NCBI RefSeq assembly: GCF_000015805.1
Contig: NC_009073.1
Coordinates: 600,001-632,000 of the forward strand
Reading direction: 5' to 3'
Length of the DNA: 32,000 bases
Origin: Pyrobaculum calidifontis JCM 11548
Lineage (GTDB): Archaea; Thermoproteota; Thermoprotei; Thermoproteales; Thermoproteaceae
The notes under the pieces were generated by a model, which did no database searches, was not told the origin of the DNA, and worked only from the letters and a program-made list of their open reading frames with translations. Shown here piece by piece: positions 22,085 through 31,011 of the stretch. A program made the translations under genes and the position numbers. Positions within the stretch are counted from its first letter, which is position 1. Each line of letters starts with the position of its first letter.

Positions 22085-22300
22085 ATTACTTTTGTAGTTA
22101 GGCCTTAATATACATTGTGATTACATCAAGGTTGATTACATTTTGTGCTGTTAAAAGTGTGGCACATCTATTGGAACGCCACCGTCCAACCGCATTAGTA
22201 TCGGCCCAGTCCAGATGTGCATCGGGTGTATAGAATTGCCTTAGTATTGAAATCTGCGCGGTGTGAGGGCAGGGTTAAAAACTCCCTTTTACTGTTTTTT

Positions 22301-23302
22301 GTGTCTCTTCTGTCTCTTTACGCGAGGGGCCGGAGGAAGATTGCTGTGGCTCTGTTTTTCCTTTCTATGTTGGCCACTGGGGCCACGGCGGCGGCTCTCG
22401 TGATGTGGGGGGTCGGCGGGGCGCTTTACGGGCAGTTGGCGGAGTTGCTGGGGCCTGGCAGATACGTGGTGTTTGGGGGCAGCTTCTCAGACGCTGACCT
22501 GCTCGCCGCTGTGCAAGCGGTCTGCTCGCCTGGGGGCTACGGCGTGGTGTACCGGCCCGTCAAAGTGCGCTATGTGAACGGCAGCGTGGCCACATTTACC
22601 GCGGCCTTTGTCCCAAGGGGCTTGATGCGCGGCATTGAGGTGCTAGACGCCGTGGCGCTTAGGCACGTGGCCGCCGCAGGCGACGTCGTGGACGTGGAGG
22701 TTGGGGGCAGGTGGTACCAGGTGAGAATCGCCGAGGTCAGAGACTTTACAGTCTTTGTGCCAGGCCTAGCCGCAGACCTCTACCTCGACGCAGAGCTCCT
22801 GGGCCCGGCGAGGTACGACGTGTTGGTGGTGGAGAAGGGCAACTGCGGCGGGGCGCGGGAGCTCGAGGCGCTGTTTCCCCGCGCCCAAGTCTTTGACGCA
22901 GACCTAGTGCTGACGGGGGTCTGGTCTCAACTGCTTGCATACCTGGGGGCCACCGCGCTGGTGTCGGCCTCCAGCATAGCCACGGCCGCCTCGCTCACCT
23001 ACACAGCCGCGGCGCTGACCCTAGCCGCCTCGTACAAGGAGTTCGCCGTGTTGAGGCTCCTCGGCCTAAAGAGGAGAAGCCTCGTCGCCCTAATGGCTGC
23101 CCTCTTCTTGACCCCCTCCGCCGCTGGGGCACTCGTCGTCTTATTGGCCTCTCTCTCGGTGGAGGACGTGCTTGGGGTAAGCGTGAGGCTGTACACGGCG
23201 GCCTCGGCGGCCTTGGTCACAGCCGCGTCAGCCCTCTCCCTGGCGCCCACTCTAAGGAAGCTCTACTCCCTGACCCCCCTAGAGGCCATCCGGGCAGAGT
23301 AG
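22301..23302 (+). CDS. FtsX-like ABC-transporter permease (second copy, divergent)
   Basis: GTG 22301 lies about 24 nt downstream of agggttaaaaac (22275-22281). The N-terminal TM is IAVALFFLSMLATGATAAALVMWGV, followed by an extracytoplasmic domain. The C-terminal FtsX-type segment is KEFAVLRLLGLKRRSLVALMAALFLTPSAAGALVVLLASL plus two TMs. The track start at 22217 is upstream of the TATA box. Confidence 0.65.
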   Translation: MSLLSLYARGRRKIAVALFFLSMLATGATAAALVMWGVGGALYGQLAELLGPGRYVVFGGSFSDADLLAAVQAVCSPGGYGVVYRPVKVRYVNGSVATFTAAFVPRGLMRGIEVLDAVALRHVAAAGDVVDVEVGGRWYQVRIAEVRDFTVFVPGLAADLYLDAELLGPARYDVLVVEKGNCGGARELEALFPRAQVFDADLVLTGVWSQLLAYLGATALVSASSIATAASLTYTAAALTLAASYKEFAVLRLLGLKRRSLVALMAALFLTPSAAGALVVLLASLSVEDVLGVSVRLYTAASAALVTAASALSLAPTLRKLYSLTPLEAIRAE

Positions 23303-23356
23303 CGCCACTCGCCGAGCCGTCCCTGTGGCGGCGCGAGCTCACTGCCGCGTCCGTCC

Positions 23357-24058
23357 TTACTTGTCTATGTAGACGGCTTCGTACACATAGACGCTGGGTG
23401 CCGTGCTGTTTATTGTGAGCGTGGCGTAGTGCTCGGCTGTGAAGTCCACAGAGATGTAGCCGCTGGTGCACTTGAGCGGTGTCTTGTCTGTCAAGGTGTA
23501 GTAGCCCTTCAGCACGCCGGTGTACGTGCCGTTGCCCGTCAACACGCCTTCTACCACGCCAGTAAGCCTGGCGTTGTTGGGAACTAGTGGGCGTAGATGG
23601 TCGCTGACGCTTGCGGCGCTTAAGTCAAAGGAGGTGGACTTTATGCTGTTGACCGCGTCTATTAGGGCCGAGGGCCTCAGCCAGTCCACCTTCCCCTCGT
23701 AAGTCTTGTTCCTAAACCTCAGCGTGTAGTAAAACACGTCGCCTTGGAAGCCCCAGGTGGCGTTCAGCCTCTTCAACAGGCTGGCCTCCCTCACTCTCTC
23801 CACCGCGCCTTGAAAGAGTTTCCCCAATGACCGGTACGTCTCTATGTCTAGTCTCTTCACTGCCTCGGCGGCCTTGTCCTCAGCCGCTATGCAGAGACCA
23901 CGGTTGAGCTCCGCCGTAAGCGATGTCCACTGGTCGAGGGCGAATTTGGCCAGGCGGTACGCCTCAAGGGCGCCCTTGTACGCCGCTTCAAGCACGGCCA
24001 ATACGCCTGCTATGAAGAGCAACACCAATACGGCGACGGTGAAGAACAGCCACCACAC
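23357..24058 (-). CDS. N-terminally anchored extracellular protein, unknown function
   Basis: GTG start. The TM segment WWLFFTVAVLVLLFIAGVLAVL is followed by a helical segment and then a beta-rich C-terminal region with N-x-S/T sites. The gene is convergent with the second FtsX-like gene. Confidence 0.55.
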   Translation of the reverse strand: MWWLFFTVAVLVLLFIAGVLAVLEAAYKGALEAYRLAKFALDQWTSLTAELNRGLCIAAEDKAAEAVKRLDIETYRSLGKLFQGAVERVREASLLKRLNATWGFQGDVFYYTLRFRNKTYEGKVDWLRPSALIDAVNSIKSTSFDLSAASVSDHLRPLVPNNARLTGVVEGVLTGNGTYTGVLKGYYTLTDKTPLKCTSGYISVDFTAEHYATLTINSTAPSVYVYEAVYIDK

Positions 24059-24116
24059 ACATCTCGCCCTTTAAATCCACCTCCGCAACTTTTTAAAGTA
24101 GCGCGTCAAAGAGCTC

Positions 24117-24332
24117 GTGGATGAGGTGGTGGAGGCCTTTGAGGAGGCTAGGCGTCTGAGGAGGGAGCGGGCTGATTGGCAGTTCATAGAGTCGTTGCCG
24201 CCTAGGCTAAGAGCCGCCGTGAAGTTTTTCATAGAGACAGGCGACCTTAGGCTTGCGCAACTTCTCTCTGGCCTAGACTACGAGGACTTCAGAGAGCTTC
24301 TCCGGAGGGCCAGAGTGCCGGTATTGCTCTAG
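24117..24332 (+). CDS. UPF0175-like small protein (antitoxin-type HTH), apparently without a partner toxin
   Basis: GTG 24117 lies 26 nt downstream of ttttaaag (24091-24098). The C-terminal LAQLLSGLDYEDFRELLRRARVPV resembles the UPF0175 pattern (A-A-x-L-x-G-x-s-x-x-e-F-x-x-x-L-x-x-x-g-i-P). No PIN/DUF3368-like ORF follows. Confidence 0.45.
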   Translation: MDEVVEAFEEARRLRRERADWQFIESLPPRLRAAVKFFIETGDLRLAQLLSGLDYEDFRELLRRARVPVLL

Positions 24333-24458
24333 GTAAGCCCCAGCTTCAGGGGGCAATCTATCGTTGCCGTGGGAACCCATACGCTGCTCGCGAGCTCTAG
24401 GATATAATTATCATGGGCGCCGAAGCGTTCCTGGGCCTTTAGCATTAATTTCTGGCCC

Positions 24459-24977
24459 GTGTATTCGCCCTCTCGTTGGGCGGTCGTGGGGGTAAGGAAT
24501 TTATCGCCATATTGCATTCTACCTGTGCGTTGGACCGTCTTTGCCGCAGTGGGGTTTCTTCACGTGCCGTTGCTGTGGGATCACTTGTTGTGGTTTTACC
24601 CAGCGTTCTTTTCGCTCGACGCACTGGCGCCTATTGCGCTTGTCGCCGTCGGCGTAGACGCGCATATAGCCTTTTTAGCCACTTCTACGGCGCTTGTAGG
24701 CTTGTACGGCCTAACGTATGAGGCCCTGGGGATGTCACACCATGTGCGTAAGGTGGTGGAGCGCATAGCCCGCCTCCGCGGGGCAAAGCTGACGTGGGCG
24801 GGCTACCTCGCCGTTGTTTCATCGGCGATCGTCTTAGGCGCCTTGCCCACTGCGCTGGTAGTTCGCTTACTCGACTTAAGCTTCTGGAAGGCCACTGCGG
24901 TGTATGTGGTCATCGCCTCAGCCTTGGCGGGGGCCAGCGCCTACGGGACTGAGGCCTTAATGTGGCTTCTGCGTTAG
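24459..24977 (+). CDS. Integral membrane protein, unknown function (start uncertain: GTG 24459, 24486 or 24525)
   Basis: There are four or five hydrophobic helices (e.g. APIALVAVGVDAHIAFLATSTALVGLYGL, AGYLAVVSSAIVLGALPTALVV, AVYVVIASALAGASAY). The 3' end overlaps the rpiA stop by 4 nt (convergent). Confidence 0.5.
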   Translation: MYSPSRWAVVGVRNLSPYCILPVRWTVFAAVGFLHVPLLWDHLLWFYPAFFSLDALAPIALVAVGVDAHIAFLATSTALVGLYGLTYEALGMSHHVRKVVERIARLRGAKLTWAGYLAVVSSAIVLGALPTALVVRLLDLSFWKATAVYVVIASALAGASAYGTEALMWLLR

Positions 24978-25642
24978 AGCTCCTCTACTGTGCCCTTCTC
25001 GTCTGCGACTAGCACCACGGCGTCTTTCCGCTTGGAGAATATCCCTGTCTCTAGGACGCCGGGTATCTGCTTTAGCTCGTCCTCAACCCTCTCGTCGATG
25101 GGCCCCTCCGGTCTCCAGTCGACGATGTAGTTTCCGTTGTCTGTTACCACGGGCCCCAGCTTCCCCTCCCCAGTCCTCAGCGCGGTGGAGCCGCCGAATT
25201 TTTTCTCAATCTGCCTAGCCACGTGGCGCCACGCCCAGGGGAGGACCTCGACGGGCACGGGGTTGCGGGCTGGGATAAAGTCTACCACCTTGTGCCGCTC
25301 CACGAGCACTACGAACTTCTCAGCGGCGTAGTCCACCACCTTCTCCCTCAGCAGAGCCCCGCCCCTGCCCTTGAGCATGAGCTTCCCCCTCGTCACCTCG
25401 TCGGCGCCGTCTACCGCCAAGTCGATCTTATCCACAGCCCACATGGGCCTGAGCCTGTCCCCGAGGCCTACCTCGTAGGCGACTACCTCGCTGTCGGCAG
25501 AGGTGGCCACCAGCGTGAGGTCCAAGTGCCTCAGCGCGGCGAGGGCCTTTATGAACTCCCTCGCAGTGGTGCCAGAGCCTAAGCCAATTACCATGCCCCC
25601 CTTTACGTACCTAAGCGCGTGGGTAGCCAAGAGGTGTTTCAT
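24974..25642 (-). CDS. rpiA: Ribose-5-phosphate isomerase A
   Basis: Motifs present: GLGSGTTAREFIKAL, DLAVDGADEV, LKGRGGALLREK, TDNGNYIVD. Confidence 0.9.
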   Translation of the reverse strand: MKHLLATHALRYVKGGMVIGLGSGTTAREFIKALAALRHLDLTLVATSADSEVVAYEVGLGDRLRPMWAVDKIDLAVDGADEVTRGKLMLKGRGGALLREKVVDYAAEKFVVLVERHKVVDFIPARNPVPVEVLPWAWRHVARQIEKKFGGSTALRTGEGKLGPVVTDNGNYIVDWRPEGPIDERVEDELKQIPGVLETGIFSKRKDAVVLVADEKGTVEEL

Positions 25643-25654
25643 AGAAAAGGGGGA

Positions 25655-26038
25655 TTATGGGAACGCCTCTGCCGCCAAGAGAGCCCTCAACACGTCTCTA
25701 ATACTAATAACGCCGATTACTCTGCCGCCCTCTACCACGGGCATGTGCCTAATGTTGTTCTCTATCATCTTCACGGCGGCTGAGACCACAGCCTCATCCG
25801 GCGACGCCGTTATCACTTGCTTACGCGCCACTTGCCCCAGCGGCGTCTTTAAGTCCACCTCCTGCGCCAAAAATCTAACAATGTCTCTCTCTGTCACAAT
25901 GCCCGCTAGTCGCCCATCCCGCTCAAGCACCACCACGCTTCCCACATTGGCCGCGTACATCTTTGCAACAGCACATTCAACAGGCTCGTCGACATAGCAC
26001 GAGATGACGGTGTCTCGAACCAAATCTCTCACCTTCAT
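25655..26038 (-). CDS. CBS-domain pair protein
   Basis: Two CBS repeats are present (VISCYVDEPVECAVAKMYAANVGSVVVLERDGRLAGIVTERDIV and VITASPDEAVVSAAVKMIENNIRHMPVVEGGRVIGVISIRDVL). The palindromic TATA gtttaaaag (26058-26066) lies about 24 nt upstream. Confidence 0.85.
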   Translation of the reverse strand: MKVRDLVRDTVISCYVDEPVECAVAKMYAANVGSVVVLERDGRLAGIVTERDIVRFLAQEVDLKTPLGQVARKQVITASPDEAVVSAAVKMIENNIRHMPVVEGGRVIGVISIRDVLRALLAAEAFP

Positions 26039-26104
26039 TGTAACCGGTAAGGCACATGTTTAAAAGTGTTACTGAGTTTAACGAGTTTACTCAGCCCCTA
26101 CGAA

Positions 26105-27994
26105 ATGAATTTATTGAGTAGTCCACGGACTGGCGTGATACTACTTGAGATAGACGTGGAAAAGAGAGAGGTCGCCAAGAGGGAGATATCCGCCACCGGC
26201 CCCGTCGACGCGGCGTTGCAGTTGCACAGGGAAAGGGAGACGTGGCGCCTCGACCCCCTATCTCCACAGATCCCCGTGGTGTTCGGCCTCGGCCCCTTCG
26301 TCGGAGGGAGGCTGTACGGAGTCCACCGCCTAATCTTCGTCTTCAAAAGCCCCCAGAGCGGGACACTACACGTCTCCGCGCTGGGGGGAGCCGCCTACAA
26401 GGCCATGGGGATGGGCGCCCAGGCCGTGGCCATCGTCGGCAAGGCGGAGAGGCCAACGGCGGTTTTCATAGCCGGGGGACAAGTATCTTTTACAGAGGTA
26501 GAGGTGGGGAAAGACGCCTACTCCCTCATAAGGCGGCTATACGAGTCCAACAGAGAGTTCTTCGTGGCAAACGACGCCAGGGCGTTGGTAGTCGGCCCAG
26601 CGGCGTACACCACCTACAACGGCGCCATTGTGTCGGTGGACATAGAGGCCAAGAGCGGGGAGTTTAAGCTGGGCTCCGAGGACTTCGCGGCCAGGGGCGG
26701 GCCCGGCACCGCCCTCGCACAGGGGCACAACGTGGCGGCAGTGGTAGTGGGCGGGCCCCGGAGGCCCCTCCACGAGAAAGTCGCAGACGCAGAGGCCATA
26801 AACCAACTGTTTAAACAGAAGATGGGGAAGAGCTACGTCGAGGTTTTAAACGAGAAGACTGTGAAATACCGCTACGACCCCAAGATAGGCACAGGCGGCA
26901 CCTTCGGCGTCAATTACCCCCACTACCGCGACTTACTGCCCCTCTTCGGCTACAAGTCTATCTACATGCCGCGAGAGGAGCGGATAAAACACGCCGACAT
27001 TGTGCTAGAGCTGTTCTGGCGCCCCTTCCAGCGAGAAGTATTTGAAAAGGGGAAGAGCTGGTACAACTGCGGCGAGCCGTGCCCCGTGGTGTGCAAAAAG
27101 GTGTGGCGGGGCAAGAAGGTGGACTACGAGTCCTTCCACGCGGTGGGCCCCTTCATCGGGAACTACATATTCGAGGAGGCGGTGCCCCCCGTCGACAAGA
27201 TAGACCGCCTCGGCCTAGACGCCATAGAGATGGGACACGTCGTTGCGTGGCTCTTCGACGCCGTACACCACGGCTTACTCAAGCCGGAGGAAGTGGGGAT
27301 AGGAGAGAGGCCGGCCTTCGACCCCCTACAGTTTAGGCCAAAGGAGGACTCGAGGCTAAACGCCAAGCTAGCCGCCGAGCTCATAGACGGCCTCGTGGAA
27401 CACGCCACAGAGGTGCTGGCCCTAGTGGCCAAGCTTGGGATAAGGAGAGCCGCGCGGGAGCTGGAGAGGAGATACAAAGACAGAGTGAGAGAGACGGGGG
27501 TCAAGTTCAGAGACTTAGCAGTGTACGCGGCCTTTGGCACAGAGGGATACATGACGCCCAACTTCTACTGGGCCCCAGGCCTAGTGGCGCCCATGTACAT
27601 CCTAGGCCGCTACTGGTCCAATTACAACCCCACCTTCATGCCACCCGAGGACTTCGCAAAATCCTCCTACGAGAGGGCAGTCGCCGAGTTGTACATAGAC
27701 AACGCCGGCATCTGCCGCTTCCACAGAGGCTGGGCAGAGCCAGTCCTCTCAGACCTCTACAAGCTTATCGGCCTAACTCCGCCGAGCCCCGCCTTGTACA
27801 GAGAATTCGCCTACTACGCCAAATTAGCCGGCGCGGAGCCCATGCCCTGGGAGAGCAAGAGGGCCAGGGACCTAGTCTCAACGCTCGCTAAGGAGCTCGG
27901 CGCAAAAGACTGGCAGTTCACAGATTTTGACGACTACTACGAGTGGTGGACACGGTTTAAGGAACAGTTGGATCGACTTGTACTTTCAACATAA
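26105..27994 (+). CDS. Aldehyde:ferredoxin oxidoreductase family (tungstopterin AOR-type) enzyme, divergent member
   Basis: The N-terminal domain has GVILLEIDVEKREVAKREI...LDPLSPQIPVVFGLGPFVGG...SPQSG...GGAAYKAMGMGAQAVAIVGKAERP. The C-terminal domain has DRLGLDAIEMGHVVAW and AGICRFHRGW. ATG 26105 lies about 26 nt downstream of agtttaac (26076-26082). Confidence 0.8.
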   Translation: MNLLSSPRTGVILLEIDVEKREVAKREISATGPVDAALQLHRERETWRLDPLSPQIPVVFGLGPFVGGRLYGVHRLIFVFKSPQSGTLHVSALGGAAYKAMGMGAQAVAIVGKAERPTAVFIAGGQVSFTEVEVGKDAYSLIRRLYESNREFFVANDARALVVGPAAYTTYNGAIVSVDIEAKSGEFKLGSEDFAARGGPGTALAQGHNVAAVVVGGPRRPLHEKVADAEAINQLFKQKMGKSYVEVLNEKTVKYRYDPKIGTGGTFGVNYPHYRDLLPLFGYKSIYMPREERIKHADIVLELFWRPFQREVFEKGKSWYNCGEPCPVVCKKVWRGKKVDYESFHAVGPFIGNYIFEEAVPPVDKIDRLGLDAIEMGHVVAWLFDAVHHGLLKPEEVGIGERPAFDPLQFRPKEDSRLNAKLAAELIDGLVEHATEVLALVAKLGIRRAARELERRYKDRVRETGVKFRDLAVYAAFGTEGYMTPNFYWAPGLVAPMYILGRYWSNYNPTFMPPEDFAKSSYERAVAELYIDNAGICRFHRGWAEPVLSDLYKLIGLTPPSPALYREFAYYAKLAGAEPMPWESKRARDLVSTLAKELGAKDWQFTDFDDYYEWWTRFKEQLDRLVLST

Positions 27995-28018
27995 AACGTA
28001 TCATTTTTCCCCTCTAGC

Positions 28019-28041
28019 TTAAATAGTTAAGGTTAAATAGT
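28019..28041 (+). promoter_or_regulatory. Tandem duplicated TATA element TTAAATAGT (28019-28027 and 28033-28041) upstream of the oxidoreductase operon
   Basis: The sequence is gcTTAAATAGTtaaggTTAAATAGTgatg. The second copy starts 27 nt upstream of ATG 28060. Confidence 0.5.
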
Positions 28042-28059
28042 GATGAACACTCTTCCACT

Positions 28060-28584
28060 ATGCTGGAGATGCGTTTTCACGGCCGCGGCGGACAGGGCAT
28101 GGTAACAGCGGCGCAAGTGCTCGCCACGGCGGCCATACTCGAGGGCAAGTACGCACAAGCCTTCCCCGAGTTTGGCCCAGAGAGGCGTGGCGCCCCCGTA
28201 AAGGCCTATCTAAGGATCGCGGATACGCCTATATACGTAAGAGAGCCCATACTCCGCCCAGACGTAGTGGTGGTGGCAGACCAGTCGCTTTTTAAGGCCG
28301 AGAACCCCCTAGAGGGGGCGAAGGAGACCACAGTGCTAGTGGTAAATGGGGTCTACAAGGCCCCTGTAAAGACTTATTACGTGGACGCAACCTCTCTAGC
28401 AATGAAGATCTTGGGCAGGCCAATTGTGAACACCGCCCTAATCGGCGCCGTGGTCAAGGCCACCGGCGTAGTGTTGCTGGGATCTGTGGCCAAGGCCTTG
28501 GCAAAGTTCTTCTCTGGGAAGCTCTACGACCTAAACCTCAAACTCGTGGAAGCGGCATACCAAGAGACTAGAGAGGTGCCATGA
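28060..28584 (+). CDS. 2-oxoacid:ferredoxin oxidoreductase, gamma subunit (POR/VOR type)
   Basis: MRFHGRGGQGMVTAAQVLATAAILEGKYAQAFPEFGPERRGAPV is the canonical gamma-subunit N-terminus. It has a 4-nt overlap with the next gene. Confidence 0.9.
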   Translation: MLEMRFHGRGGQGMVTAAQVLATAAILEGKYAQAFPEFGPERRGAPVKAYLRIADTPIYVREPILRPDVVVVADQSLFKAENPLEGAKETTVLVVNGVYKAPVKTYYVDATSLAMKILGRPIVNTALIGAVVKATGVVLLGSVAKALAKFFSGKLYDLNLKLVEAAYQETREVP

Positions 28585-28892
28585 GTCTGCCAAAGGCGTC
28601 TCAACTCCCAATAGGGACTGCTATTACAGAGCCGGGCTCCACTAGGCGCAATTTGACAGCTGGCTGGAGGACCTTGAGGCCTGTGATACACGACGACAGG
28701 TGCATACGGTGCCAGCTCTGCTGGCTCTACTGCCCCGAGGGCACCATAGTCGAGGTAAAGGGCGTCTTCAAAGTGGGCAATAGGACCTACGACGTTAAGT
28801 ACGAGATCAATTACGACTACTGCAAGGGCTGTGGCATATGCGCAAACGAGTGTCCAACAAAGGCAATAGAGATGGTCCCGGAGACGCCATGA
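28581..28892 (+). CDS. 2-oxoacid:ferredoxin oxidoreductase, delta subunit (2x[4Fe-4S] ferredoxin-like)
   Basis: There are two cluster motifs, CIRCQLCWLYCP and CKGCGICANECP. It overlaps both the gamma and alpha genes. Confidence 0.9.
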   Translation: MSLPKASQLPIGTAITEPGSTRRNLTAGWRTLRPVIHDDRCIRCQLCWLYCPEGTIVEVKGVFKVGNRTYDVKYEINYDYCKGCGICANECPTKAIEMVPETP

Positions 28893-30070
28893 TGCAGGTA
28901 GAGAAGACCAAGCTCAGGGAGGCGCTGACCGGCAACTACGCGGCGGCGTACGCCGTCAAGGCGGTCGACGTGGACGTAATCGCCGTGTATCCCATTACGC
29001 CTCAGACCACCATCGTGGAGAAGCTGTCTGAGTTTGTGGCAAACGGCGAGTTGAACGCGGAGATTATACACGTGGAGTCTGAACACAGCGCACTTTCCGC
29101 CGTCGTGGGCGCCTCGGCGGCGGGGGCGAGAGTCTTCACGGCCACCTCTAGCCAGGGGCTGGAGCTGGCCCACGAGGTGTTGCACATAGCGAGTGGGCTT
29201 AGGTTGCCAATCGTCATGGCGGTGCCGGCTAGGGCCATCTCGGCGCCTATCAGCATCCACAACGACTACGGCGACGTGATGAACGCCCGCGACACGGGGT
29301 GGGTGATCTACATCGCCGCCACGGCGCAGGAGGTCTACGACACGATAATACAGGCGTATAGAGTGGCAGAGTCTGTCTTCCTCCCCGTCATGGTGGCATA
29401 CGACGGCTTCCTCATGAGCCATACGGTGGAGCCAGTTGAGCTAAACGACGAGGACGAGGTGAGGAAGTTCGTGCCGCGCGCCCTTAGGCCCTACACTCTA
29501 AACCCCAAGAGGCCTGTGACTCTAGGCGCGTTGGCCTCCCCAGACTGGTACTACGAGTTTAAGTACCAGCAAGTGGAGGCGATGCGGGAGGCGTACAAAG
29601 TGGCCAAGGACGTGGACGCCCAGTACAAGGCCAAGTTCGGCCGCGGCTACGGAGTCGTGGAGACGTACAGAATGGAAGACGCAGATTACGCAATAGTGGC
29701 CTACGGGGGGGCCGCCTACGGCAACGCCAGGGCGGCCGCAGATTTGGCGAGGGAGAGGGGCATAGCCGCCGGCGTAGTCCGCGTAAGGCTCTACCGCCCC
29801 TTCCCCACCGCGGACGTGCTGAGGGCCTTAAGCGGCGTGAAGGCGTTTGCAGTTGTGGACAGGGCGATTATGTTTGGGAGCCCCGCCGAGGGGCCTCTCT
29901 ACAAGGATATAGCCACGGCTATGTATATGCACGGCGTAGATAAGCCGGCTGTGAATATAATCCACGGCATAGGTCAAAGGGCTATGTATGTAGAAGACTT
30001 CTACAAGGTGTACACAATGTTGAGAGAGGGCCCCAAGAGGGAAGTGGTATTCATGGGGGTGAGGGTATGA
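28889..30070 (+). CDS. 2-oxoacid:ferredoxin oxidoreductase, alpha subunit
   Basis: ATG 28889 overlaps the delta stop (ATGA). The sequence LTGNYAAAYAVKAVDVDVIAVYPITPQTTIVEKL...EHSALSAVVGASAAGARVFTATSSQGL is typical of the alpha subunit. The track start at 28838 lies inside the delta gene. Confidence 0.9.
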   Translation: MMQVEKTKLREALTGNYAAAYAVKAVDVDVIAVYPITPQTTIVEKLSEFVANGELNAEIIHVESEHSALSAVVGASAAGARVFTATSSQGLELAHEVLHIASGLRLPIVMAVPARAISAPISIHNDYGDVMNARDTGWVIYIAATAQEVYDTIIQAYRVAESVFLPVMVAYDGFLMSHTVEPVELNDEDEVRKFVPRALRPYTLNPKRPVTLGALASPDWYYEFKYQQVEAMREAYKVAKDVDAQYKAKFGRGYGVVETYRMEDADYAIVAYGGAAYGNARAAADLARERGIAAGVVRVRLYRPFPTADVLRALSGVKAFAVVDRAIMFGSPAEGPLYKDIATAMYMHGVDKPAVNIIHGIGQRAMYVEDFYKVYTMLREGPKREVVFMGVRV

Positions 30071-31011
30071 AGGTCTACTTCAAGACGTTGAGGGACCTCC
30101 CCCGCGAGGAGCTCTTTGCGCCTGGCCACAGGATGTGCGCCGGGTGCGGCGCGGCCATCGCCATGAGGTGGATCACCAAGGCCATTGGCGCCAACGCAGT
30201 GATAGTCAACGCCACCGGTTGCGTGGAGGTGACAACGACGCCGTATCCAGAGACCGCGTGGCTACACCCCTACCTACACGTGGCCTTTGAAAACGCCGCC
30301 GCGGCGGCGTCCGGGGTGGAGACGGCTATAAAGGTGTTGAGCAAGAAGGGGTACTGGGACGCGGGCGATACCAAGGTGGTGGTAATAGCGGGCGACGGGG
30401 GCACGTACGACATCGGCCTTCAGTCGCTCAGCGGGATGTTGGAGAGGAGGCACGGCGTACTCTACATACTCTACGACAACGAGGCGTACATGAACACGGG
30501 CATCCAGAGGAGCGGCTCTACGCCGAAGTACGCCTGGACTACCACCACGCCTGTGGGCGCGGCGGTGAGGGGGAAGGTGCAGTGGAAGAAGGACATCATG
30601 GGAATAGTCATGGCGCACAGAGTGCCCTACGCCGCCACAGCCAGCATCTCACACATATTAGACCTAGTGAACAAGGTTAAAACGGCGCTGGAGTACACCG
30701 CCGAGGGGCCCACATTCCTCCACATCTTCGCCCCCTGCGTCCCCGGGTGGCGCTACCCAGAAAACAAGACGGTGGAGGTGGCCAGACTAGCCGTTGAGAC
30801 TGGATATTTCCCACTGTACGAGTGGGACCACGGAAAGCTGAGGCTCAACCCGCCCAGCAACACCCACCTCGACAAGTCGAAGAGAAAGCCGCTAAAGGAG
30901 TACCTCAGGCTACAGGGCCGCTTCGCCCACCTCACAGACGAGGAAATCGCAGAAATAGAGAAAGAACTCGACGCATACTGGGAATACCTCGGCAAATTGG
31001 CCCAGCTCTAA
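30067..31011 (+). CDS. 2-oxoacid:ferredoxin oxidoreductase, beta subunit (TPP-binding)
   Basis: The sequence GHRMCAGCGAAIAMR...ATGCVEV...VIAGDGGTYDIGLQSLSGMLERRHGVLYILYDNEAYMNTGIQRS contains the TPP and Fe-S motifs. Confidence 0.9.
   Translation: MKVYFKTLRDLPREELFAPGHRMCAGCGAAIAMRWITKAIGANAVIVNATGCVEVTTTPYPETAWLHPYLHVAFENAAAAASGVETAIKVLSKKGYWDAGDTKVVVIAGDGGTYDIGLQSLSGMLERRHGVLYILYDNEAYMNTGIQRSGSTPKYAWTTTTPVGAAVRGKVQWKKDIMGIVMAHRVPYAATASISHILDLVNKVKTALEYTAEGPTFLHIFAPCVPGWRYPENKTVEVARLAVETGYFPLYEWDHGKLRLNPPSNTHLDKSKRKPLKEYLRLQGRFAHLTDEEIAEIEKELDAYWEYLGKLAQL

Noticed and set aside
26068-26094. A possible hairpin (CTGAGT ... ACTCAG) between the TATA box at 26058-26066 and the AOR start, considered as a 5'-UTR regulatory structure.
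   Set aside because: The TTTAAA box is better assigned to the divergent CBS gene (24 nt from its ATG), and a second box, agtttaac (26076-26082), gives AOR normal leaderless spacing. The 6-bp stem is weak and simply overlaps that promoter.
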